The notes under the pieces were generated by a model. The model did no database searches, was not told the origin of the DNA, and saw only the letters and a program-made list of their open reading frames with translations. DNA of 64,000 bases, taken from assembly GCA_044229975.1 (NCBI GenBank), contig JBGARZ010000024.1, positions 32,001 through 96,000 on the forward strand. Direction: 5' to 3'. Of the stretch, positions 48,614 through 57,832 are shown one piece after another (the first letter of the stretch is position 1; the number at the start of each line of letters is the position of its first letter). This stretch comes from Polyangiales bacterium. Its GTDB lineage: Bacteria > Myxococcota_A > Polyangia > Polyangiales > Ga0077539. A program made the position numbers and the translations under genes.

Positions 48614-50185
48614 GTGCGAATCGCCCTGATCCGAACCTATCAGCCGCAGATGGTCGACGACGTGGCGCACCCGCTGGGGATCATGGCGCTGGACGCCTTC
48701 CTGCGGACCAAGGGCTACGACGACGTCCACCTGTTCGACATGCGCCTCAAGCGGGAGACGCCGTCGCAGGTGCTCGACCGGGTGCTCGCGCTCAAGCCCG
48801 ACGTGATCGGCCTCTCCGCGCTCACCATCGAGAAGGACACGGTCCACAAGCTGGCGGGGCTCATCAAGCAGCGCGCGCCGCGCGTGCGGGTCGTCCTCGG
48901 CGGGCCCTACGGCACCAGCTCGACGCACACGGCCATGCGCGACCCGGCCATCGATTTCATCGTCGTCGGCGAAGGGGAGTTCACCTTCCACGAGCTGCTG
49001 GAGTCGTTCGAGTCCGGGGCCGACCCCTCCTCCGTGCAGGGCATCCTCTACCGCGAGGCGGGGGAGGTGCGGCAGACGCCCGAGCGGCCCTTCGTGCAGG
49101 ACCTCGACGTGCTGCCCATCCCGAGCTGGGACCGCATCGACATGGCCGAGTACCAGCGCATCGGCTGCGTCGACCACATCACGCGCCGCCCCTGGGTCGT
49201 CTTCTACACGTCGCGCGGGTGCCCCTTCAAATGCACCTACTGCCACGACGTGTTCGGGAAGAAGTTCCGCGCGCGCTCGCCCGCCAGGGTCATCGAGGAG
49301 ATGGAGCTGCTCTACACGCGCTACGGCGTGCGGGAGTTTCATTTCTATGACGACATCTTCAACTTCAACAAGAAGCGCGTCCTGGAGATCTGCCGGCTCA
49401 TCCAGGAGAAGCGCTGGAAGATCGACCTGCAATTCCCCAACGGCGTGCGCGCCGACATGATGGACCTGGAGACGCTCACGGCGCTGAAGGCCGCGGGCAC
49501 GGTGCGGGTCAACTACGCCATCGAGACGGCCTCGCCCCGCATCCAGAAGCAGGTGAAGAAGCACCTGAAGATCGAGAAGGTGAAGCAGCTCATCGAGGAC
49601 ACCGACCGGATGGGCATCCTCTCGCACGGGTTCTTCATGCTGGGCTTCCCCACCGAGACCCGCGAGGAGGTGATGGCCACCATCGAGTGGGCCTGCGCCT
49701 CGAAGCTCCACACCGCGGCCTTCTACCTGGTGTGCCCCTTCGAGGGGACGCCCCTCTCGGACGCCTACGTGGGCCCGGCCAAGGGCGAGAAGGGCAACGA
49801 CTGGCAGTACTACGACAACCCGCACAGCATGTCGGAGGTGCCCGCGGCGGAGCTGAAGAAGATCCAGCGCGACGCCTACCTGCGCTTCTTCACCAACCCG
49901 TGGCGGATGTACCGCTTCCTGTGGTTGCTGCCCGACAAGCTGGCGATGAAGAAGTTCGTCCCGATCTTCCTCAAGATCATCGCGAGCGGGTTCAAGGTCC
50001 ACGGCGCCGACGAGAAGTCGTGGGACCACACGCCGGAGGCCATCGACACCATCCTCGCGTCGCGCCGCCCGATGGACACCGAGGAGCCCGAGGGCGTGCC
50101 CGCGCCCGCCCCTGCGGCGGACGTCATCAAGCTGCGGCCCCGGAAGCAGCCCGCAGGCGACGCGCCGACCAAGCCCACCGCCTGA
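48614..50185 (+). CDS. B12-binding radical SAM protein (paralog of 46074-47573)
   Basis: Same motifs; GTG start chosen by alignment to the paralog. Confidence 0.92.
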   Translation: MRIALIRTYQPQMVDDVAHPLGIMALDAFLRTKGYDDVHLFDMRLKRETPSQVLDRVLALKPDVIGLSALTIEKDTVHKLAGLIKQRAPRVRVVLGGPYGTSSTHTAMRDPAIDFIVVGEGEFTFHELLESFESGADPSSVQGILYREAGEVRQTPERPFVQDLDVLPIPSWDRIDMAEYQRIGCVDHITRRPWVVFYTSRGCPFKCTYCHDVFGKKFRARSPARVIEEMELLYTRYGVREFHFYDDIFNFNKKRVLEICRLIQEKRWKIDLQFPNGVRADMMDLETLTALKAAGTVRVNYAIETASPRIQKQVKKHLKIEKVKQLIEDTDRMGILSHGFFMLGFPTETREEVMATIEWACASKLHTAAFYLVCPFEGTPLSDAYVGPAKGEKGNDWQYYDNPHSMSEVPAAELKKIQRDAYLRFFTNPWRMYRFLWLLPDKLAMKKFVPIFLKIIASGFKVHGADEKSWDHTPEAIDTILASRRPMDTEEPEGVPAPAPAADVIKLRPRKQPAGDAPTKPTA

Positions 50186-50195
50186 CCTCGTCGAC

Positions 50196-51089
50196 CTACG
50201 TCCGCGCGCGCACCCACTCGGCCAGCCGCGTGTAGCCCGTGCGGCGCATCAGATCGAGCGGCACCCGGCTGGCTTCGCCCTCGGCCTCGGCGATGCCCAG
50301 GCGCCACTTGACCGCGTGGTAGAGCCAGTAGGCCTTGTCCTCGGCGAAGACCGCGGCCTTGCGGGCGAGCGAGTCCGTCGCCCGCGCCTTCCACGACACC
50401 GGGTGGAACGTCACGGGCCCCGCCTCGCGCGTGTAGTACCAGACCGAGATGGACTTGCGCGCCTCGCCCTCCGGGCAGCGCACCGGCTCGGGCATCCCGT
50501 GGGTGTTGAGGTCGATGGTCGAGAGGAAGCAGCGGTTGAAGACCGGAAGCACCCGGCGCACGAGCTCGCGGCCGTCGCGCGACCGCAGCTCGAGGTGACC
50601 CTCGTACTCCTCGCGCCAGCCCTTGTTGAGGTAGAGCACGAGGTTGACGCGCCGCCGCCAGTCGCGGCGGTACGGGTGGATCGTGTCGTCGTGGTGGAGG
50701 TTCATGAACCCGCCGGGGCGCAGCAGGAACACGCCGCCGTTGGCGAGCTCGGGGTCGGGCAGGAGGCCGCGGATCCCGGTGATCTCCTCGACGTAGGCGA
50801 CCCACCGGTCGGAGTGCAGGTCGTCGATGATGGCGCGCACGGAGGCGGGCAGGTCGGCCGCGCCGACGGTCGACTCGGTCGACTGGTTGACGTAGCTGTA
50901 CCGCCCGGTGCGACCGCCGCGGACGATCTCGCCGAGGTCGGCGTCGAGGCCGAGCGCGTCGACGGACGAGGCGTCGAGCAGCCCGTCGATGACCACGTGC
51001 GGCGCGGACGCGGACCCGTAGCTCGCGCGCAGCGCGGGGCCGAGCTGACGCAGGCGCTCCCAGTCGAGGGTCACTCCGTTCGCGGGCAT
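50196..51089 (-). CDS. 2OG-Fe(II) oxygenase
   Basis: PHVVIDGLL, LHHD, RRVNLVLYLN, THG. Confidence 0.9.
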   Translation of the reverse strand: MPANGVTLDWERLRQLGPALRASYGSASAPHVVIDGLLDASSVDALGLDADLGEIVRGGRTGRYSYVNQSTESTVGAADLPASVRAIIDDLHSDRWVAYVEEITGIRGLLPDPELANGGVFLLRPGGFMNLHHDDTIHPYRRDWRRRVNLVLYLNKGWREEYEGHLELRSRDGRELVRRVLPVFNRCFLSTIDLNTHGMPEPVRCPEGEARKSISVWYYTREAGPVTFHPVSWKARATDSLARKAAVFAEDKAYWLYHAVKWRLGIAEAEGEASRVPLDLMRRTGYTRLAEWVRART

Positions 51090-51205
51090 CGGAGGCGCAG
51101 CGTAGCCAACGCCGGGCGCCGCGAACACCCCGCAACCATCCCACGGGAGGCCGCGGTTGCTTCGCTTGACGCCCTCCGGTGGGCGCCCCTAGCGTCGGCG
51201 CCCCC

Positions 51206-52255
51206 ATGCAGATGCCCTCCGCGATGAGAACGATTCCGTGGGCGGAGCGCGCCCGCTTCAACGCCTCGTTCGTGCTGGAGCACTACCTCAAGAGCCGGGC
51301 GGTGGTGGAGTACAAGGAGCGCACCCACCAGCGCATCGTCGAGCACGTGCGCGCCATGGGCCCCGGGCGCTGCATCCCCGTCGACCGCGTCCGCAACATC
51401 ACCCCGGAGCAGTTCCGCGACCGCTACCTGCGCAAGGGCATCCCGGTGATCATCGAGGGCGCCGCGGCCGACTGGCGCTGCACGCGCGAGTGGTCGTTCG
51501 AGTCGTGGAAGGCACGCTTCGGCCACGAGACCATCCGCCTCGTGGACCGGCCGGGCCTGACCGACGACGACTTCGTGGACGAGGCCGAGCTCACCGAGGA
51601 GATCAACTTCGGCGAGTTCCTCGACGAGGTGGTGCGGGGCGGCCGACGGTACATGCGCTTCGCGCCGCTCTTCGAGAAGTTCCCCGAGCTCGGCGACGAC
51701 GTCGACTGGGATTGGTTGCGCTCCATGCCCGACCAGAGCTTCGGCCTCAACGCGCAGCTCTTCGTGGGCGGCGGCGGGCGGCAGACGCCGCTCCACAACG
51801 CCATGACGGTGTTCCTCTTCGCGAACATCGTGGGCGTGAAGCGCTGGACCTTCGTCCCCAACCACTACCTGTCGCTGCTCGACCCCCCGGCCGACTCGCG
51901 CGGCTACAACCACTCCGAGGCCGTCGTGCGCGAGGCCGACGGGCGGCGGTTCCCGGGCCTGGAGAGCGTCGACTACATGGAAGCCGTGATGAACCCCGGC
52001 GACGTGCTCTTCAACCCGTCGTGGAACTGGCACAGCGTCGTCAACGACTCCGCCACCATCGGCATCCGCTTCGGGATGATCCGGCCGGCGACGATGTTCA
52101 CCGAATCCCTGACGCTGGCGTTCATCCGGTTCTTCGGCGGGCGCCACGCGGGCGTGCCCCTCGCGACCACGATCGAGTCCGCGCGCGACGCGGCCGTCGC
52201 GGTGGCGCGCCAGCTGCGGGGCACCGCTCCGGGGACGGGGCGAGGGCGGCGGTAG
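51206..52255 (+). CDS. JmjC/cupin-like protein with H-N-A metal motif
   Basis: PVIIEG...W, TPLHNA, GVKRW, PGDVLFNPSWNWHSV; exact start uncertain (51206, 51212 or 51224). Confidence 0.88.
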   Translation: MQMPSAMRTIPWAERARFNASFVLEHYLKSRAVVEYKERTHQRIVEHVRAMGPGRCIPVDRVRNITPEQFRDRYLRKGIPVIIEGAAADWRCTREWSFESWKARFGHETIRLVDRPGLTDDDFVDEAELTEEINFGEFLDEVVRGGRRYMRFAPLFEKFPELGDDVDWDWLRSMPDQSFGLNAQLFVGGGGRQTPLHNAMTVFLFANIVGVKRWTFVPNHYLSLLDPPADSRGYNHSEAVVREADGRRFPGLESVDYMEAVMNPGDVLFNPSWNWHSVVNDSATIGIRFGMIRPATMFTESLTLAFIRFFGGRHAGVPLATTIESARDAAVAVARQLRGTAPGTGRGRR

Positions 52256-53032
52256 TTGACCGGGACACCCACCGTCCCGTGCATCGCTCCTCCCTCGATG
52301 GAGGAGTTCCAGCGACGCTTCGTCCGCGCCCGCCAGCCCGTCGTGATCCGGGGCGCGATCGACCACTGGCCCGCGCTGCAACGCTGGAGCGCCGTGTACT
52401 TCCGGGAGCGCTACGGCGCCAGCGTGGTGCCGTGCTTCACGACCCGCGACCGCGACCTGATCGTCGACGCCCGCGCGGGCGTGCGGATGGAGGACGCGGC
52501 GGTCGACGACGTGCTCGCGGGGTCCGCGGCGGACGCGCTGCGCGTGCGGGCGGAGATCTCCAAGAGCTTCCCCGGGCTCATGGCCGACCTCGACGTGCCC
52601 GCGTACTGCCGCGGCGGCCTCGACCTCGAGGCCTTCCTCTGGATCACGCCCGGGGGCACCCGGACCGCGCTCCACTGGGACTCACCCGAGAACCTCTTCG
52701 CCCACGTCGCCGGCGAGAAGACCTTCCTCCTCGTCGACCCCGCACACACGGCGCGGCTCTACCCCTTCCCCCTTCTCTCGGCCACGCCGCAGTTCAGCCG
52801 CGTCGACCTCGGCGCCCCCGACTACGCGCGCTTCCCGCGCCTGCACGGCGTGCCCCTGGTCGAAGCCCGGCTGCGCCCCGGCGACGTGCTCTTCCTGCCG
52901 AGCGGGTGGTGGCACTACGCCGAGTCCGCGACGCTGACCTTCTCGGTGAACTTCTGGTGGCTCCGGCCGTCGCGCGTCCCCGCCGCCGCGGTCGTCGCGC
53001 TCAGCAAGCGTCTCTTCCGCCGCCCGGCGTGA
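52256..53032 (+). CDS. JmjC/cupin-like 2OG oxygenase
   Basis: WPAL.RW, TALHWD, GEK, PGDVLFLPSGWWH, SVNFWW. Confidence 0.9.
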   Translation: MTGTPTVPCIAPPSMEEFQRRFVRARQPVVIRGAIDHWPALQRWSAVYFRERYGASVVPCFTTRDRDLIVDARAGVRMEDAAVDDVLAGSAADALRVRAEISKSFPGLMADLDVPAYCRGGLDLEAFLWITPGGTRTALHWDSPENLFAHVAGEKTFLLVDPAHTARLYPFPLLSATPQFSRVDLGAPDYARFPRLHGVPLVEARLRPGDVLFLPSGWWHYAESATLTFSVNFWWLRPSRVPAAAVVALSKRLFRRPA

Positions 53033-53951
53033 GGGCGGCCCTGCCGCCGAGGGAGGGGAGCACGAGCAGCCCCGCCAGCGTGACCGGCAGCAGGTCGAAC
53101 GCCCGGTAGACCAGGGCGAAGGCGAGCGCCCGCTCGGCGCTGACGCCGACCATGCCGAGGACCGCCACCGCCACCAGTTCGAGGGTGCCGAGCTGCGCGG
53201 GCGTGGTGGGCACGAGGCTCGCCGCCGCGAACGCCAGCTCCAGTAGGATCGGCGTGACCGGGTGGACCTGGATGCCCACCGCGCGCAGCACGAGCCAGAG
53301 CGTGAAGGCGTCCATGATCCACTGGACCAGCGTCAGCGCGCCCACCGCGACGAGCACCCGCGGCCGCCCCATGATCCGCGCCTTCTCCGGGAGCCTCGGG
53401 ACGAAGCGCCACCGGACGTCGTCGGGGCGCGAGGCGGCCCAGCCGAGCACGATGAGCCCGAGGCCCACGGCGCCCTGCGCGAACACGCCCCGCGCGACCC
53501 ACGCGGGGAGCCCCGGGAAGACCAGCGGGAGCGGCGCGGCGAGCAGGAGCAGCGTGACCGCCTCGACGCATTTCTCCAGCAGCGTGGCGGCCAGGGCCGT
53601 GACGGTCGGGATGTTCGCGTGGGTGCGGAGCAGGGAGATCGGCACCAGGTCGCCGAGCCGCCAGGGCAGCAGGTTGGACGCCGCCTGCCCGGCCAGCGCA
53701 ATGCGAAACAGCAGCCCCACCGGCGCGGAAGGTGGGCGCTGGAGGAGGTAGGAGAAGGCCAGCGCGCGCAGCCAGATCTCGCCCAGGTTGATCAGGGCGC
53801 AGGCGGCGACGGTGCCCGCGGAGGCGCCGACCATGGCGCGCCCGACCGCCCGGAGGTCGACCTGGCGGGCGAGGTAGACGCACCCGACGATCACCAGCGC
53901 CACGAGCGCCGCGCGCAGTGCGACGCGGACGCGTCCGTCGGGCGGGCTCAT
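53001..53951 (-). CDS. Lysylphosphatidylglycerol-synthase TM domain / flippase-like protein
   Basis: NLLPWRLGD, PTTPAQLGTLE, FALVYR; polytopic. Confidence 0.85.
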   Translation of the reverse strand: MSPPDGRVRVALRAALVALVIVGCVYLARQVDLRAVGRAMVGASAGTVAACALINLGEIWLRALAFSYLLQRPPSAPVGLLFRIALAGQAASNLLPWRLGDLVPISLLRTHANIPTVTALAATLLEKCVEAVTLLLLAAPLPLVFPGLPAWVARGVFAQGAVGLGLIVLGWAASRPDDVRWRFVPRLPEKARIMGRPRVLVAVGALTLVQWIMDAFTLWLVLRAVGIQVHPVTPILLELAFAAASLVPTTPAQLGTLELVAVAVLGMVGVSAERALAFALVYRAFDLLPVTLAGLLVLPSLGGRAALTPGGGRDAC

Positions 53952-54757
53952 GATCGGTCGCGGCGGATCCAGCGGTGGGCGCCCGTGAGCACGGCCTTCG
54001 GCAGGAGCGCCGGGGCGAGCCACCAGAAGTTCACCGCGATGGTCAGGGTCGCGGACTCGGCGTAGTGCCACCACCCGCTCGGCAGGAAGAGCAGGTCGCC
54101 GGGGCGCAGCGTGCACCCGACCGGCCGGGCGCGTGCGAGCTCGGGGTAGCGCGCGAGGTCCGGCGCCGTGGGGTCGACCGGGCTGCACTGGGGCGTCGCC
54201 GACCAGAGCGGGTAGCGGTAGAGGAAGCGGGTCTGCTCGGGGGGGAAGAGCACGAAGGTCTTCTCGCCGGCGACGTGCGCGTAGAGGTTGTGGGGGGTGT
54301 CCCAGTGCAGGAGGGTGCGGGCGCCCGCCGGGGTGATCCAGAGGTGCGTCTCCAGGGCCAGCGACCCTCGGCAGTAGGCCGGGGTGCGGACGTCCCCGCG
54401 GAGCTCGGGCAGGCGGTCGAGGTCCTCCCGCAGACGGCGGCCGTCGAGCGTGTCGCCCGCGAGCCCGTCGATGAAGTCGCCGACCGCGGCGTCCTCCATC
54501 TGGAGGCCGTTGGTGGGGTGCCGCACGATCGCTCCCTGGTGCATCCGATAGAAGCGCGCCGTCCGGGCGCCGCAGCGGGCGCGGATGTGATCGGCGGTCC
54601 AGCGTCCCAGCGCGGGCCAGTCGTCGAGGGCGCCCTCGATGATGACCGGTCGGGCCAGCCGTATGTAGTCACGCTGGAACCGATCCACCGTAGGCGGCAC
54701 GATGCGCGGGATCGGGGCTGCGCTGTCACGCACGCGGGGCACAGTACCGAGGCTCAC
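53948..54757 (-). CDS. JmjC/cupin-like 2OG oxygenase (paralog of 52256-53032)
   Basis: TLLHWD, GEK, PGDLLFLPSGWWH. Confidence 0.9.
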   Translation of the reverse strand: MSLGTVPRVRDSAAPIPRIVPPTVDRFQRDYIRLARPVIIEGALDDWPALGRWTADHIRARCGARTARFYRMHQGAIVRHPTNGLQMEDAAVGDFIDGLAGDTLDGRRLREDLDRLPELRGDVRTPAYCRGSLALETHLWITPAGARTLLHWDTPHNLYAHVAGEKTFVLFPPEQTRFLYRYPLWSATPQCSPVDPTAPDLARYPELARARPVGCTLRPGDLLFLPSGWWHYAESATLTIAVNFWWLAPALLPKAVLTGAHRWIRRDRS

Positions 54758-54781
54758 CCCCCGCGCAAATCACGGATCAGT

Positions 54782-56461
54782 TCACCGGCGCCAGGCCAGG
54801 GCGCGGCAGGGAGCCTCGACGATCCGCGGGTCAAGCCACGCCGGCGGCGTGGGGAGGCGGAGCCGGACGGGCCCCGTCGTGAAGCGGCGGATGGTGACGT
54901 CGCCGAACGCCTCCACGACCTCGGTGTGCGGCGACCAGATCGTATCAGGCACGAGGAGCGTGGGGCGCGCGTCGGTTCCCAGGACGATCAGGTCGCCAAC
55001 GTGGAACTCGTGCCGAGAGAACTCGCAGGGCCAGAACATTCCCCCCGTTTCGTAGTGCGAGCTGGCCCCCCGGATGACGCTCTCGTACTGGCCGTTGCGG
55101 TGATTGGAGAGCAGGTGCAGCCCGAGCATGATGTCGAACGCGGGGATGTACCGCGCGGGCCCCGCCCCCGAGGCGACAAGGGCCGGGGTGAGCAACTGGA
55201 CATTGGTCAGGATGAGCGTGGGCCGCTGTTGCGCGGAGGCCCGGAGGACGGCGGCGAGCGCGCGCGAGGGCGGGGCGACGGACTCGAAGTCGCGGAGGCA
55301 CATCAGGTCGATCGCGACGGCGGCCGTGGACAGGAAGGCCAGCGTCGCCAGCGCGGCGGAGCGGGACGCGCCGCGCAACCAGGTCACCACGGCGGGCGCG
55401 AGCAGCGCGACCGTGGCCAGGGCGAAGAGGGGTGACATCGGCCGGAAGCGCGCGGTGGCGATGGCCCAAGCGGCGGCAGCGATGAGCGGGACGACGGCGA
55501 GCGCGCGATGGAAGATGGCCTCGCGGGCGAAGGCCACCGCGACCGCGATCCCCAGGAGGGCGATGGAGAGGTAGCGGGGCGCCACCTCGGGGCCGTCGAT
55601 GCCGAAGAAGGGGCTCACCGTGAACGCGAGCAGCAGGACAGCGCTCACGACAACAGTCGCGCGGGCGGAGCCGCCCCGCGCGAACGCGGCGGGCGTGAAG
55701 AGCAACGCCCAGGCCCCGGCGACCAGGGCGTAGGCGGAGAAGATCCGCCGGACCGTCTCCGCGTTCAGAGTCAGGCGGAACACCTCCCCGAGGCCGGGCG
55801 GCGGGGTTGCTTCCATCGGCGGGTTTTGCAGGAACCACAGCGGCGCGCGGTGGTAGACCGCGCCCGCGGACAGGTACAGCAACGGGAACACCAGCGCGCC
55901 GAGCACCGTATCGCGCCGCCCAGGGCGCGCGAGGGCGACCAGCACGAGCACGCCAACGAAGGCCGCGAACTCGTAGCGCGCCCAGACCGTGAGCCCGAGC
56001 ACCACGCCCGCGGCGAAGCGCTGGCGCCGACCGTCCCCCTCGTAGAGCCAGAGGCCAACCGCCAGCAGCGCAAGGCCGTCAGAGTTCGACTGCCCCGTGG
56101 CCGCGCTGAACCAGTACGCCGGCGAGGCCGCGACCGTCAGCGCCGCGAGCCAGCCTTCGCCGCCAAGGCGCCCGGCCCACCTGCCCACGGCCAGCACCCC
56201 GAGCGCGGTGAGCAGGACGTGCGCGACAACGAACCCCTTCCAACCGAGCGCTGCGGTGGGGAGGTAGAGCAGCGAAAGCGCCGGGTGCAGCTTCTGGAGG
56301 AAGAGCCCGGCGGCGAAGTCGTCCGCTGCGATCTGCGCGCCCAGGTAGGTGAGCCGACCCTCGTCAGAATCGACGCGACCGGAGAGGGCGAGCGCCAGGA
56401 CACTCACGCCGAAGACGACCGCGATGAGGGCCACCAAGTCGCGCCGCACGAGGGTTGTCAT
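54782..56461 (-). CDS. Polytopic membrane protein, GT-C-like
   Basis: DSDE after TM1, many TMs, ARYE, PRY. Confidence 0.55.
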   Translation of the reverse strand: MTTLVRRDLVALIAVVFGVSVLALALSGRVDSDEGRLTYLGAQIAADDFAAGLFLQKLHPALSLLYLPTAALGWKGFVVAHVLLTALGVLAVGRWAGRLGGEGWLAALTVAASPAYWFSAATGQSNSDGLALLAVGLWLYEGDGRRQRFAAGVVLGLTVWARYEFAAFVGVLVLVALARPGRRDTVLGALVFPLLYLSAGAVYHRAPLWFLQNPPMEATPPPGLGEVFRLTLNAETVRRIFSAYALVAGAWALLFTPAAFARGGSARATVVVSAVLLLAFTVSPFFGIDGPEVAPRYLSIALLGIAVAVAFAREAIFHRALAVVPLIAAAAWAIATARFRPMSPLFALATVALLAPAVVTWLRGASRSAALATLAFLSTAAVAIDLMCLRDFESVAPPSRALAAVLRASAQQRPTLILTNVQLLTPALVASGAGPARYIPAFDIMLGLHLLSNHRNGQYESVIRGASSHYETGGMFWPCEFSRHEFHVGDLIVLGTDARPTLLVPDTIWSPHTEVVEAFGDVTIRRFTTGPVRLRLPTPPAWLDPRIVEAPCRALAWRR

Positions 56462-56634
56462 TGCAGTGGGAGGGCCTCTGACGGCGGGGCGAAGAGTCAG
56501 ACATTGGTTGTGCGGTAACTTGTCCGCTCAAACCGAATACCCGGCACTCTAGGGCTCTGCATGCGTCCGCAGCAAGCAACCACGGAATCCGCTCCACACC
56601 CACAACATTCCAGCGGGGCGTCGACGCGCAGGGC

Positions 56635-57741
56635 TCAGATCGTCCCGAGATAAGCCAGGAGCAGCGCCCGGTCCTCAGGGCTCGCGTTGATGTAGCCCTG
56701 CGTTGCCGCCGCCGCCTCGCCGCCGTGCGCGCGAATCGCCTCGTCGACGCTAGTCGTTCGGCCATCGTGCAGCAACCGCGGGCGGAAGCGGAGTCCCCAC
56801 AGCGGCGCGGTGCGGAACTCGTCGCCGTCGAACACGACGGTCTGAGGGACGGCGTCATGCGCGTGGCTGATGATCCCGTCGGCCAGCACGGACCCCATGC
56901 TGTGTACGCACAGGTCCGTGAAGGCGGACACACCCGGGCCAGTCTCCGGGCGATGGCAGGATCCGCAGGCAAGGCGCTCGAAGACCTGCGCGCCGCGCGG
57001 ATCAGCGGGGAGCGTTGGCGGCGGGGCGAGGCCCTGCACGAAACTCGTGAGGTCGCGCACGGTGGGGTCGTCTGCCTCGGGATCGGCCACGCCGTCGTCG
57101 TCCATCGCCGCGAGCGTGCTGTCCTCCTGGACGAGGTTGGTGATCCCCATCTCGTCGTTGAGCGCAGAGCTCACCACGCCGCGCACGGTCTGGGCGAAGG
57201 GCTTGGTCCCGAAGCGGGCAACGCGGCCATCGATCACGATGAACGCTCCGTCGCGGCAGCCCGCGGTGCGCAGCACCTCCTCCGGGATCGACTCGATCAG
57301 TCCGATGCCGAAGAGCGGCGGCGGCATGCGACGCGTCACGTTCGTCGGCCGTGGCCGCGGCATGAACCCGGGGATCGCGCTGTGCTGGAAGTTCTCGACG
57401 TCTGGCCGTGGGTCCTCGCTCAGCCCAACGTAGATGCGATCCTCGAAGTCGCCCTGACCTCCCATCACCGGGTTGTCGTGGCAGTTCTGGCATGAGCTGT
57501 CGTTGTAGTAAGGGCCGAGCCCGGAGCCGACGTCATAGACCCGCGAGAACAGCGCGCGCCCGCGATCGAAGGCCGCGCGTTGAGCTGGGGAAAGGTCCGT
57601 GCGAGGAGCGCCGGGGAGCGCCACGTCCTGGGTTGCGTTCGCGTCGGAGGGGCCCGCGTCCCGGGATGCTGGTGGGGTGATCTCGCTCTCACAGCCGAGG
57701 GTTGCGAGCAGCAGGCCGAGACAGCTAGTTCGCCAAATCAT
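56635..57741 (-). CDS. Di-heme oxidoreductase family (DHOR-like) lipoprotein
   Basis: Lipobox TLGC; GLGPYYNDSSCQNCH; PPLFGIGLIE; CGSCH; FRTAPLWGL; LHDGR. Confidence 0.88.
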   Translation of the reverse strand: MIWRTSCLGLLLATLGCESEITPPASRDAGPSDANATQDVALPGAPRTDLSPAQRAAFDRGRALFSRVYDVGSGLGPYYNDSSCQNCHDNPVMGGQGDFEDRIYVGLSEDPRPDVENFQHSAIPGFMPRPRPTNVTRRMPPPLFGIGLIESIPEEVLRTAGCRDGAFIVIDGRVARFGTKPFAQTVRGVVSSALNDEMGITNLVQEDSTLAAMDDDGVADPEADDPTVRDLTSFVQGLAPPPTLPADPRGAQVFERLACGSCHRPETGPGVSAFTDLCVHSMGSVLADGIISHAHDAVPQTVVFDGDEFRTAPLWGLRFRPRLLHDGRTTSVDEAIRAHGGEAAAATQGYINASPEDRALLLAYLGTI

Positions 57742-57832
57742 CCTTGGATGTGACCATACCATCCCATAGAGTGAGTGCGCGTCCCCGCGGCGAACCACCC
57801 ATGAGCGGCCGTGGAGGATCGCGGAGGACTCG

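Noticed and set aside
54782..57830. Apparently lower-GC segment as a separate island
   Set aside because: An impression by eye only; not quantified, and no clear boundaries found.
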